Shown one piece after another: positions 1 to 8,419 of a DNA stretch of 64,000 bases (its first letter is position 1; every line of letters begins with the position of its first letter). Below the pieces are notes generated by a model. It saw nothing but the letters and a program-made list of their open reading frames with translations, had not been told where the DNA came from and did no database searches. Source of the stretch: Hyaloraphidium curvatum SAG 235-1 (lineage: Eukaryota > Fungi > Monoblepharomycota). Where the stretch lies: contig JAIVFI010000011.1 of NCBI GenBank assembly GCA_025558095.1, forward strand, positions 496,001 through 560,000, written 5' to 3'. A program made the translations under genes and the position numbers.

Positions 1-503
1 CAGCTTCCCGATGAGCCGCTTCCCCACGATTCCCTGGGGAGTAAACTCCCGCGCGGCCAGCTCCTCAGTGAGCCGCGCGATTTTTGCGTCCTTTTCCGCG
101 AGCTGCGCGCGCATCGCGACGTGCAGCGTCAGAAGCGCCGGGTCCAGCAGCTTCGAGGTCAAATTTGTCGAATCCGGGTGCAAGAGAGGCGCGAGCGACT
201 GCAGCTCCGACTGTACGACGCGTCAGACGCGTCCCCTCCGCGGGCCTCCCGACGCACCAGCAGGTTCTGCACCTCGGCCTCCTTCCTGCTCAGACGGATC
301 AGCAGGTTCGCCTCCCTGCCCTGGTACTGCTTCTTGAGCGCCGCGATTTCGCGCCGCAGCTCTTCGGCGTCGGCGGGACTGCCCGGCGCGGCCTTGGGCG
401 TCGTCGCCTGCGCGGGCGTCGGCGCGGCGCGCTTCGCGGGGCCGCCGGGCTGCGGCGGGTCGGCAGGCCGCTTGAACGCCGCCGGCGCGGGCGCGGACGC
501 CAT
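1..503 (-). CDS. WTAP/Mum2/FIP37 family m6A-methyltransferase complex subunit (runs off the left edge)
   Basis: Exon 1 is 503-258, intron 257-211 (GT..CTGAC..AG), exon 2 210-1. The spliced product REANLLIRLSRKEAEVQ...LLDPAL...EELAAREFTPQGIVGKRLIGKL follows the WTAP pattern RENILVMRLATKEQE...VDPAIN...ELSAWKFTPDSQTGKKLMAKC. Confidence 0.8.
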
Positions 504-870
504 GATGCGGGCGGGTCGTGGTCCGAAGGGTGGCCGGGAACCGCCACCACCTGCCTTCCACCAAATTGGTGTGTGCGCTTAGAACATCTCTCCTCTTCCT
601 CTCCCCCACCACGGTAGGAAAGAGCGCGGGACTTTCGCTCTCGAATTCGGCGAAGAAGAACTGTTAATATTTCGGATCCCGGACCTTTGCTGCCTTTGTC
701 AGAGGTGTGGTCGGCCCGGATGCTCGTCGCGATGCACAGGACGACGCTCGTAGGGAGAAAGCACAGTCGTTGATGAAGCGGACTAGGACTAGGACATTGC
801 AGTTTTGTAGTCGAGATGCAGGCCGGCGATGCAAGGGTGGATGGGCGCGTCCTAATTGGAAGTGGCGAAC

Positions 871-943
871 TGGCTGGATGACGGCGCCGCAATCCAGCCA
901 ATCAGCAGACGCTGCTATGGAAATCAGCGGACGCTGCTATGGA
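871..943. repeat. 9-bp inverted repeat followed by a 22-bp tandem duplication
   Basis: TGGCTGGAT (871-879) / ATCCAGCCA (892-900). AATCAGCAGACGCTGCTATGGA (900-921) is repeated at 922-943 with 1 mismatch. Confidence 0.8.
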
Positions 944-993
944 GTCAGGAATGGTTCCACCATCTGTAGACTAGATTTGGACTGGCGCCGGAG

Positions 994-1599
994 ATGGAGC
1001 GGGTGCTCGACGAGGCTGATCGCGCAGCAGGGGCAGAACAGGCGGCCGCAGAGGAGCAGGCACAGCAAGGCGGACCAGCAGCTGATGGGCAGCACGAGGA
1101 GGACAAGGAGCGCGCGCGGCGCGAGCAGCGCAACGCCTTCATCGCCGGCAAGGTCAAGGAGGCGGTCGAGAGCCTCAGGGCTGAGCTTGCCGACGGCCGC
1201 AAGGAGCACTACAACCCGATCGTGCTCATCGGCGACGGCGGCCATGGCGGGCGAACCCCGGATCCTGACTCCCTCGCCGGGTTCCTGATGCGGCTGTTCC
1301 TCGTGATCTTGCTCGTTGAGTGGGGCACTTCTCAGGTAGGCTGGAGCGTTCTGCACCTGCGTGACTTTGGCTGACGCATTTCCCAGCGCTGCCCTTCGTG
1401 CTATTCGCAGCTACTCCCTACCGATTACCTCCACATCAAGCTCTGCCCCTCGTGCCCCGGGCATGACAGTACCGGGAAACTTAAGGTCGAGAAGAACGTT
1501 TCGGCGACTCTATGCTTTTATCGAATCTTTCTACACATCCTGGCAACGGGCACGCGGCCTCCGGCCTTCCGTGACCCGACTGCCAAACTCAATACCTGA
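994..1599 (+). CDS. Fanzor/TnpB-like RuvC-II + zinc-ribbon + RuvC-III C-terminal fragment, spliced, about 184 aa, predicted nuclease-dead
   Basis: Exon 994-1335, intron 1336-1386 (GTAGG..GCTGAC..CCCAG, phase 0), exon 1387-1599. The product is ...PIVLIGDG...PDSLAGFLMRLFLVILLVEWGTSQ|RCPSC-x14-CPSC...KVEKNVSATLCFYRIF...GTRPPAFR. This matches the Fanzor consensus V.E..TS+.CxxC...CxxC...xRD.nAa.N...RP..F, except D->N. Confidence 0.65.
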
Positions 1600-1800
1600 C
1601 AAACGAACCAGGTACTTTAGCTGAATGCGTGAGTGCACTGTGGTCGTGCATCGTGGATAGTTTACTCATGCGATAAGCTGTTTCGTGGAATTTGGTGTCC
1701 ACCGTTGTGTTTGGTGGCGGTTCCCGGATTCCGTAGGTCCGAACGATTCACGACCTGCTGCCAGCCAGCAGGCATCAGCGGGATCAGTCAATCACAGAAC
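1600..1800 (+). ncRNA. Candidate Fanzor omegaRNA scaffold (hairpin-rich region 3' of the Fanzor-like ORF)
   Basis: Stems GCGTGAGT(1627-34)/ACTCATGC(1664-71), GCAC/GTGC, GTGGA/TCCAC, CCACC/GGTGG and CCTGCTG(1754-60)/CAGCAGG(1766-72). The position is where Fanzor omegaRNAs lie. Expression is unproven. Confidence 0.3.
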
Positions 1801-1840
1801 CATTCGAGATTCAGCAATGTTCGCAACGTCATGCGCTAAG

Positions 1841-2961
1841 CTACCTTCCGGTACATTGCAACGCGCACGGCGGTCCCCAACGAGATTTGAGCCGGTCGGG
1901 GCCGCGATCGTCAAGCGCCTGCCACATTGCACTTTCCGGGTCGTCGGCGTCCATAGGCCGCTGTCTGGCGATGGAGACCTGGTCGGTTTGCTTCTCGACG
2001 ATTGCTTTCAGCTCCGTCAATCTCTCGCCGTTAGTATCGAGGTAGCAGTCGCAGAGATGGAGCACATTTGCTCTAGGCATGCCAAGTAGGATGTAGCTCG
2101 TACAGGCATGTATAAGCGTGAGCGTGCTGAGCGTGAAGGTGCGGCAAATGTGGTCCCAAGTCTGCCGGAAATCGGGGTCTTTATCCGGAAAGAACTCATC
2201 ATCGTTGGGGAACTGAACTGCGAGTACGTCGAGGCGCAGCTCCGGGTGGCGGAGGAGCGCGTTGGGAACCGATTGCACCGCAACACGATAACAGCTAGTC
2301 GCGAAGCTCAGGCCCCGGATTTTGGGGATCAGAGATGCGTACCGCGGATCTGCGACGAGTCTCTCTTCAAACGCGCCACCAACGTTTTGGTCGATGAAGA
2401 GGCACATGTCCGCGAGATTCGGTAGAGCGGCCACGGCTTCCAGGAACGATTCCGCAATCGGGCAGTCGTTGGCAACATTCAGGCAGAGATGGCGAAGCGT
2501 GGCGGGTAGCCTAAATCGGTCCCAAAAGGTCTCGTGAGGGACCTCGAGCCACTCCAATCGCAAGTGCTCCAGCTTCCTCATTCTGGCGATCAGGTTCAGT
2601 TGCTTCTTTCGAGGCGCATCGTTCATGAAATCGACGGTGAGCGACGTGAGGTCACGAAGAACGGATAGAAGGTAGAGCATTTCGTCGTCGCTGCGCTTTC
2701 TCCTTCGTTGACCGCGAGCGCGATCTCCGCCTCCCGAACCATAGTGCAGAGGCCGGCATCGTCCAAAAAAGGATGGCTCCAATCCACTTCCGGCAGATCA
2801 AGCTCAATCCGGCGAAGCAGCGAGTTGAGGGCAGCTGCGCGGAAAGAACGCGACACGTGGGCGCACGCGACGAGCGCCGCCCGGTCGCGGCGCAGTTGCG
2901 CGCAGATGGCGTCCTGAGGAGCATTCGCCCAGGTCGCCGCGCCGCGCTCGGCTCCCTCCAT
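1841..2961 (-). pseudogene. F-box-like / LRR-like protein gene with a frameshift near 2690-2700
   Basis: ATG at 2961 gives an F-box-like N-terminus (WANAPQDAICAQL..AALVACAHVSRSFRAAALNSLLRRI). LxxLxL repeats (LTSLTV, LEHLRL, LRHLCL, LADMCL) continue in a different frame (ORF 1841-2782). No intron is evident at the switch. Confidence 0.55.
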
Positions 2962-3047
2962 CACGAGTTGCTGGAGTGGATTTCCGGGGATTCGCGTCCC
3001 ATCAATCTCATTACGGGCGAACTCCGCGCCCTCTTCTCCGCCGTGCG

Positions 3048-5157
3048 ATGGCGACGCCGTCCGCGGCCACGCCGAACCCGTTTGCGCCGGGCAGCGCGAC
3101 GGGCGGCCGCTTCCCGAACTTCGGCCGCGCGTCGTTCGCGTCGACGACCGCGTCGCCGTTCGCCCCGCCGCCGCCCGCGCCCTCGGGCGTCGACGAGGCG
3201 CGCCGGCTGCTGCGCGACGCGACGCGGCGATGCCGCGACTTCGGCCTACTGCGCTCGGCGAAGATGACCGCCGAGCTGCTGACGGCCCTCGCGCCCGCGC
3301 CGCCCGAGACCGAGCCGCGGCCAAAGTCGAAGCGGCACGCGCCGCCGTCGCCGCAGCCGGCCGACGACGACGACGAGGACGCGGACAGGCTGCTGCTGTC
3401 AAAGGCGTACTTTGACATGAAGGAGCTGGACCGCGCCGCGCAGGCGCTGGAGGGCTGCACGGGCAAGAAGGCCGTGTTTCAGCGGCTGTACTACCTGTAC
3501 CTGGCGGGCGAGCGCCGGAGGGAAGAGGACGCCGGAGACGTGCTCGGTGGGCTTCTCCGGACAGGATTCCGTTTGAGCATTGGGCTGACGACGCGTTTTC
3601 GAATCGGCAGGCCCGCTGGACCCCGTGCGGCACGTCAATCGCAACCTGCCCGACATCGAGACCGAGCTCTCGGCTCTCTACGAGGCCGGCGAGCGGGATC
3701 CCTTCATCTGCTACCTGTGAACCTTCTTCTGCGCTGCGAGATTGGACTTCATTTGATCTGATCCATTGCTCTATCCAGCTACGCGGTCGTCCTCGCGCGG
3801 CATCCCTCCCCCACCTCCCGCACGCAGGCTGCCGACATCCTCATCGCGGCAGTCACCGCCATGCCCTGCCTGTGGGCCGCCTGGGCCGAGCTCGGCTCCG
3901 TCCTGGCCTCGGGCACCCCCGACCTCCCGCCCGTCCTGGACCGCATCCCCGACCACTTCATGGCCACCCTCTTCCGCGTGCACCTGGCCACGGAGCACAT
4001 GTTCTTCCCCGGCGAGGAGGCCAAGGTGCACTCGTGGCTGGACTCGCTCGAGGGCTGGTTCCCGGGCTCCAAGCTGCTGCTCCGGCTGCGGGCCATAGTG
4101 CTCTACGAGTCGAGGGACTACGAGGCCGCCGAGGCCGCCTACTCGGGGCTGCTGTCCGATCCGCATTCGCTGGACGGGATGGACGGCTACGCCAACGTGC
4201 TCTTTGTCATGGAGAAGAGGGCCAAGCTGGGGTACCTGGCACAGCAGTGCGTGGGCGTGGACCGGTGGAGGCGAGAAACGGGCGTCGTCGTCGGTCAGTG
4301 GTCAACCGCAATTTGCATTCTTGCGTCGCTGACGCTCCGCTCGACAGGCAACTACTATTCCCTCCGCGGCGAGCACGAAAAGGCCGTCATGCACTTCCGC
4401 CGGGCCCTACGCCTGGACCGCAACTACCTCGCCGCGTGGACGCTCATGGGCCACGAGTACGTGGAGATGAAGAACACGGCGGCGGCGGTGGAGGCGTACC
4501 GCAGGGCGGTGGACATCAACCCGAGGGACTTCCGGGCGTGGTACGGACTGGGGCAGGCGTACGAGGTGCTGCGGATGCCATACTATTCGGTCTACTACTA
4601 TCAGCGGGCCGCGGCGATCAAGTGGGTTCCAAGCGCCGGCCTGCGAACACGACGCCGATCGCTGACCCCGCGTCGCTCATCGCAGACCCCACGACTCGCG
4701 CATGTGGACCGCCCTCGCCTCGGCCTACGAATCGCTGGCCTCGCACTCCGCTCCGCCGCCCGCCTCGTACGGCTACGGCGCCCCCACGACCCCGATCCCC
4801 GCCGCCCCCAACGACCGCCTCCTCGCCGCCATCCGCTGCTACAAGCGCGCCCTCCGCGGCAGCGAGGACGTCCCCTTTGCCCTGGTCCGCCTGGCGCGGC
4901 TGTACGGCGCCCTGGGCGACCACAGCGCGCAGAGGTTCTACTACGGCCTGGTGCACCGCGCGCGCGCGAGGCTGGGAGCGGGCGGGCCGAGCCCGGAGGA
5001 GTTTGCGGAGGCGTGCGTGTGGTTGGCGAGGGATGCGAGGGGGAGGGGGGAGCTGGCCGAGGCGGAGGCGTTCGCGGGGGAGGCGGGAGGGGGGGAGGAG
5101 GCGCGGAGCGTCGTGCGGGAGATCAGGGCGGCGGCGGCGGCGAGGGTGGCGGGCTAG
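3048..5157 (+). CDS. CDC23: Anaphase-promoting complex subunit 8 (TPR protein), multi-exon
   Basis: Conserved APC8 blocks: LSKAYFDMKELDRAA, GNYYSLRGEHEKAV..FRRALRL, AWTLMGHEYVEMKNT.AA..AYRRAVDINPRDFRAWYGLGQAYE. Introns include 3547-3610. Confidence 0.93.
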
Positions 5158-5526
5158 TTGTCAGGGCGGTAATGTTCGACCAAGCGAACAACTTGACGCG
5201 CATGGGCCAAGCTGGAGCAATCAGCGGACCTGCGCCTCGCCAGTCCACTTGATGTTGTTGCCCGGATCAACCCATGCGTGCACCTTGACGACGCTTCCGT
5301 TGATCTCGGTGATCCTCGCATCTCCCCTGTTGCCGATTACGGGACTTCCGTGGCGGGTCAGTGTTGCATACGGGCAGACGGTGACGGTACCCACGAGCCG
5401 TCAATGGTGAAGTTGCACACGGCGCTTTCGACTGGGGCTCCGAAGTCGTACAAGAAATCGCGCCTGTCGCCCACAACTATCGGAAGAACACGGTTAGGGC
5501 GCCAACGGAGAAGCTGCAGACCACTT

Positions 5527-6082
5527 TCACCCACTCCCGAAGAGACCGGAGCACTTGAGCTCCCCAGATCGGCTAAGCGTTCTTGCTGTACGAATGGTCG
5601 TCGATGATGGCTCCGATGCCGAAGCAACCGCAGCAACTGCTTTCGGGTACAGATCGTCGTACGACGGCGGCTCCGGGGCAGAGAGAGGAGATGCTATGCC
5701 CAGGAAGCTATCCAAAGGTGCTGGCTCCAATTGCATCCCGGTGGCAATCATCCCCTGCGAGATCTCTGCCCCACTCGGAAGAGGCACTTGATTGGCAATT
5801 GCTGGAACAACATGGGCCTTCAAACGCGCGTCGATGATCGAAGCCTCGTTGTCCAGCTCTGATGCCTCCCCCATCCCATCATTTGAGATTTCAAGTGGAA
5901 GATCCGCATCTCCGGCCCCAGATCCAGTTGCTGGACTGTCTTGGGCGGGAATTGGAAGTATCGGCGTTGAGATGGCCATGCTGGGCTCCGAAACTGCGGC
6001 GGCAGGCACAGCCAAAGACGTCGATTCGGACCTTGCCAGATTGGCAGACCCCTCAAGTCCGCTGCCGTTGGCTTCCGAATCC
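5527..6082 (-). pseudogene. 3' part of an unknown host gene split by LTR element A
   Basis: Removing 6083-14702 rejoins the frame: ...GVNSLASD|SEANGSGLEGSANLARSESTSLAVPAAAVSEP... This links ORF 14669-15574 to ORF 5527-6015. The true 3' end is uncertain. Confidence 0.7.
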
Positions 6083-6558
6083 TGCGAAGGTACAGGACGT
6101 CTGACATTCGGACAAGGGTATTTTCATTTTCGGTTCGGAGGCGTGGAGGCGTCGGTCCTCGCGATCGACTCGTGATCGACTCGCGATCGACTCGCGAGTG
6201 ACTCGCGAGTCACTCGCGAGCGACTCGCGAGCGACTCGCAAGTGACTCGGCACAGCCACCCTCCTGGGATATATAAAGAGCGGGACATGTAACAGTACAA
6301 TCTTGATCGCCAGTTGACTCTACGTGCTCTCCGTGTCGTTCGACCACCGTGCGGAACCCCGCCCGGCCGGATCCTCGTTCTGAGAGCCCTTGGGACGCAC
6401 CCCGGGAGACATCCCGTAACCTCTTTCCCCCGGCTACAGTCAAGTATCTTCAGCGCTGTTCGCTTATTCATATTCAGGGCCTATCCGACCCGAAGAGCCG
6501 AGCGGGATTCGCGCGCCGGGTTAGAGCTTCAGGCCCGGTTCCGACCCGGACCGTCGCA
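6083..6558 (+). repeat. 5' LTR (A type, 476 bp)
   Basis: TG...CA termini with an imperfect inverted repeat. 8 x 11-bp units at 6163-6250, TATA at 6270-6277. The same sequence occurs at 14223-14698, 25301-25776 and 36380-36855. Confidence 0.95.
6163..6277 (+). promoter_or_regulatory. LTR U3 promoter: 11-bp tandem array (GA[TC/GT/GC]..ACTCGC) plus TATA box
   Basis: gatcgactcgt gatcgactcgc gatcgactcgc gagtgactcgc gagtcactcgc gagcgactcgc gagcgactcgc aagtgactcgg, then TATATAAA about 20 bp downstream. Confidence 0.7.
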
Positions 6559-6559
6559 C

Positions 6560-6570
6560 TGGTCCGACCT
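6560..6570 (+). promoter_or_regulatory. Primer binding site, probably tRNA-Tyr
   Basis: TGGTCCGACCT lies 1 nt after the LTR and is complementary to a tRNA ending ...AGGUCGGA-CCA. G72/A73 is typical of eukaryotic tRNA-Tyr. Confidence 0.6.
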
Positions 6571-6725
6571 CCGTGATCCTGCTCTCGGGTCTTCGACACC
6601 TCGTTCGACTTCAGTTTCGACTTCGATAATCCAAAAACAACTTCGCCTGGCACCGGCGCTTGTCGACTGCCACTCTTTTCTGTCAACCGTATTCCGTCAA
6701 CCAAGTTCATTCCCCTTCGCCAAAC

Positions 6726-8381
6726 ATGGACCCCGTTCAAGAAGCCGCCCCTCAGCAGGAGGTTCAGCAGCCTCAGGAAGCTAACGATTTGCAGAACAAC
6801 CCGCAGGCCCAGGCGATTATCCAAGCTGCGCAGGCCGCGATCCAGCAAGTCGGCGCCGCCGCCAACGACGTCGCCCAACTCGCCGCCCAGCAAGCCGCCC
6901 AGCAAGCCGTCGCCGATCAGCTTGCCGCTCAGCTCGTGGCGCAACAGACCGCTCAGCAGTTGCCAGCTGCCCAAGTTCAACAGCAAGCCGCCGCCGAGCA
7001 GCTTGCAGCGCAGCAGCTCCAGCAGCTCGCCGCACAGCAGCAGGGTCAGCGGAGCGAGCAAGCCCCGGCTGTCAACGCTGCCGCCGCTGGTCTCCAGCCG
7101 CAGCAGTTCGTCGACGCCGTACGGGCCATCGTTGGCGCTCAGCCGCCGAACGATGGAAGCACCGGCCTCCCCCAGGCGGATCGCCAGGGCGGAGCCGCCA
7201 AGCTCCCGGCTCAGCTGCTGCCTGCTTCTGTTCAGCCCTTCGATCCCGCTACGCAGGACCCGGAAGACTTCTTCCGCGACCTCACTACGGTTCTCACGGC
7301 GTTCGGCTCCATCAACAACCTCGTCAAGGTCTTCCCGGTCTTCCTTGGGCCTCTGCCGCGCGCAATGTGGCACAACATCACGCCGCAGAACCGCCCTCCG
7401 GACTATCCCGCGACGGCCACCTATCCTCCGGTGACCCAGAACGATGTGCTTGCCTGGCTACGCTACCACTTCGAGCCCCGCGACGCATCGATGCATTATC
7501 GCCGGCACTACAACACGATTCAGATGACCAACGATGAGACCCTCGACGCCTTCGTTGCCCGCGTATCCCTGGCCGAGACGCGTTTCCTCTCGCACTGCGG
7601 CGATCAGCTTCCTACCAGGGAAGTGCAAGACAGCGTGTACGGCCAGAACCTGCTCTACGGACTGCGCCCGGAGCTACGCGGGAAGGCGCTGGAGCTCCTC
7701 GGGGATCACCTCATCAACCGCACTTCCGTCACCAAGGTCATCGAGAAGATGCGCACCGTCATGCAAGCATCGGGCCCTGCGCAGCCGCGCGACATCCGTT
7801 TCCTGGGCCAGAACTCGATTTCGGAGATTCCGGCTCTGGTCGGCCAGCACTCGTCTTCGGGCTCCTCCAAGGCGACCGACAAGGCGACGACGGAAGTGCT
7901 GCTGGCTCATACGCAGGCTCTCACAAAGCTGCTGGAGCCTAAGGGAGAGCGCAGGCCCACCGGTGGACCGCCGGGGGAGTCTGCGTTCCGGCCTCCGCGC
8001 CGTTTCGTCCCCTTCCAGTCTCGTCGGAGCCAGCCGTTGCCGCCTTCGGGGCCGAACAGCGACCTCGTCGAGATCAAGGAGCTCATCACCAAGCTGCTGC
8101 CGTCGCCTCGCCATCAGGTTCAGGCCGCGGAGACCAGGTCGAACCCCCCCGCGAGGCCTCCTCCGATCGATCGGCCCCGCCAGCAGCAGGAGCGCCAGGA
8201 TCGCCGGCCCTTCACCTCGGAGTACCGCGACCAGAAGCGCTTCCAGCCTCGCCACTGCCATCTCTGTGGCATGGATGGGCATGCTCAGGACGAGTGCTGG
8301 GAGTTGGAGAAGAATGCCAACCGCCGCCCACTCAACTGGAAGTCTCGCCTCGGCAACACCCCTTCGATGCCAAAAAACTAG
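6726..8381 (+). CDS. gag: Gag (551 aa): Q/A-rich N-terminus, capsid-like core, CCHC zinc knuckle
   Basis: ATG at 6726; CHLCGMDGHAQDEC (Cx2Cx4Hx4C); lies downstream of the PBS. Confidence 0.9.
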   Translation: MDPVQEAAPQQEVQQPQEANDLQNNPQAQAIIQAAQAAIQQVGAAANDVAQLAAQQAAQQAVADQLAAQLVAQQTAQQLPAAQVQQQAAAEQLAAQQLQQLAAQQQGQRSEQAPAVNAAAAGLQPQQFVDAVRAIVGAQPPNDGSTGLPQADRQGGAAKLPAQLLPASVQPFDPATQDPEDFFRDLTTVLTAFGSINNLVKVFPVFLGPLPRAMWHNITPQNRPPDYPATATYPPVTQNDVLAWLRYHFEPRDASMHYRRHYNTIQMTNDETLDAFVARVSLAETRFLSHCGDQLPTREVQDSVYGQNLLYGLRPELRGKALELLGDHLINRTSVTKVIEKMRTVMQASGPAQPRDIRFLGQNSISEIPALVGQHSSSGSSKATDKATTEVLLAHTQALTKLLEPKGERRPTGGPPGESAFRPPRRFVPFQSRRSQPLPPSGPNSDLVEIKELITKLLPSPRHQVQAAETRSNPPARPPPIDRPRQQQERQDRRPFTSEYRDQKRFQPRHCHLCGMDGHAQDECWELEKNANRRPLNWKSRLGNTPSMPKN

Positions 8382-8419
8382 CTTTGCCCTCAGTGCCGCA
8401 CGGCCATAGGGGGGCAGAG
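8372..8419 (+). promoter_or_regulatory. -1 programmed ribosomal frameshift signal (gag-pol)
   Basis: Slippery heptamer A_AAA_AAC (8372-8378) directly before the gag TAG. Pol is in the -1 frame. Stem CTTTGCCCTC (8382-91) / GGGGGCAGAG (8410-19). Confidence 0.8.

Noticed and set aside
660-690. VNISDPG as the missing Fanzor RuvC-I motif
   Set aside because: It lies in a short frame bounded by stops (617 and about 773) in the WTAP promoter region, with no convincing splice to 994; likely chance.
949-1805. GAATGGTTC / GAACCATTC as terminal inverted repeats around the Fanzor-like gene
   Set aside because: Only 9 bp, not extendable, no TSD; compatible with chance.
6163-6250. CRISPR-like array
   Set aside because: Contiguous 11-bp units with no spacers, inside an LTR; no cas genes; eukaryotic context.
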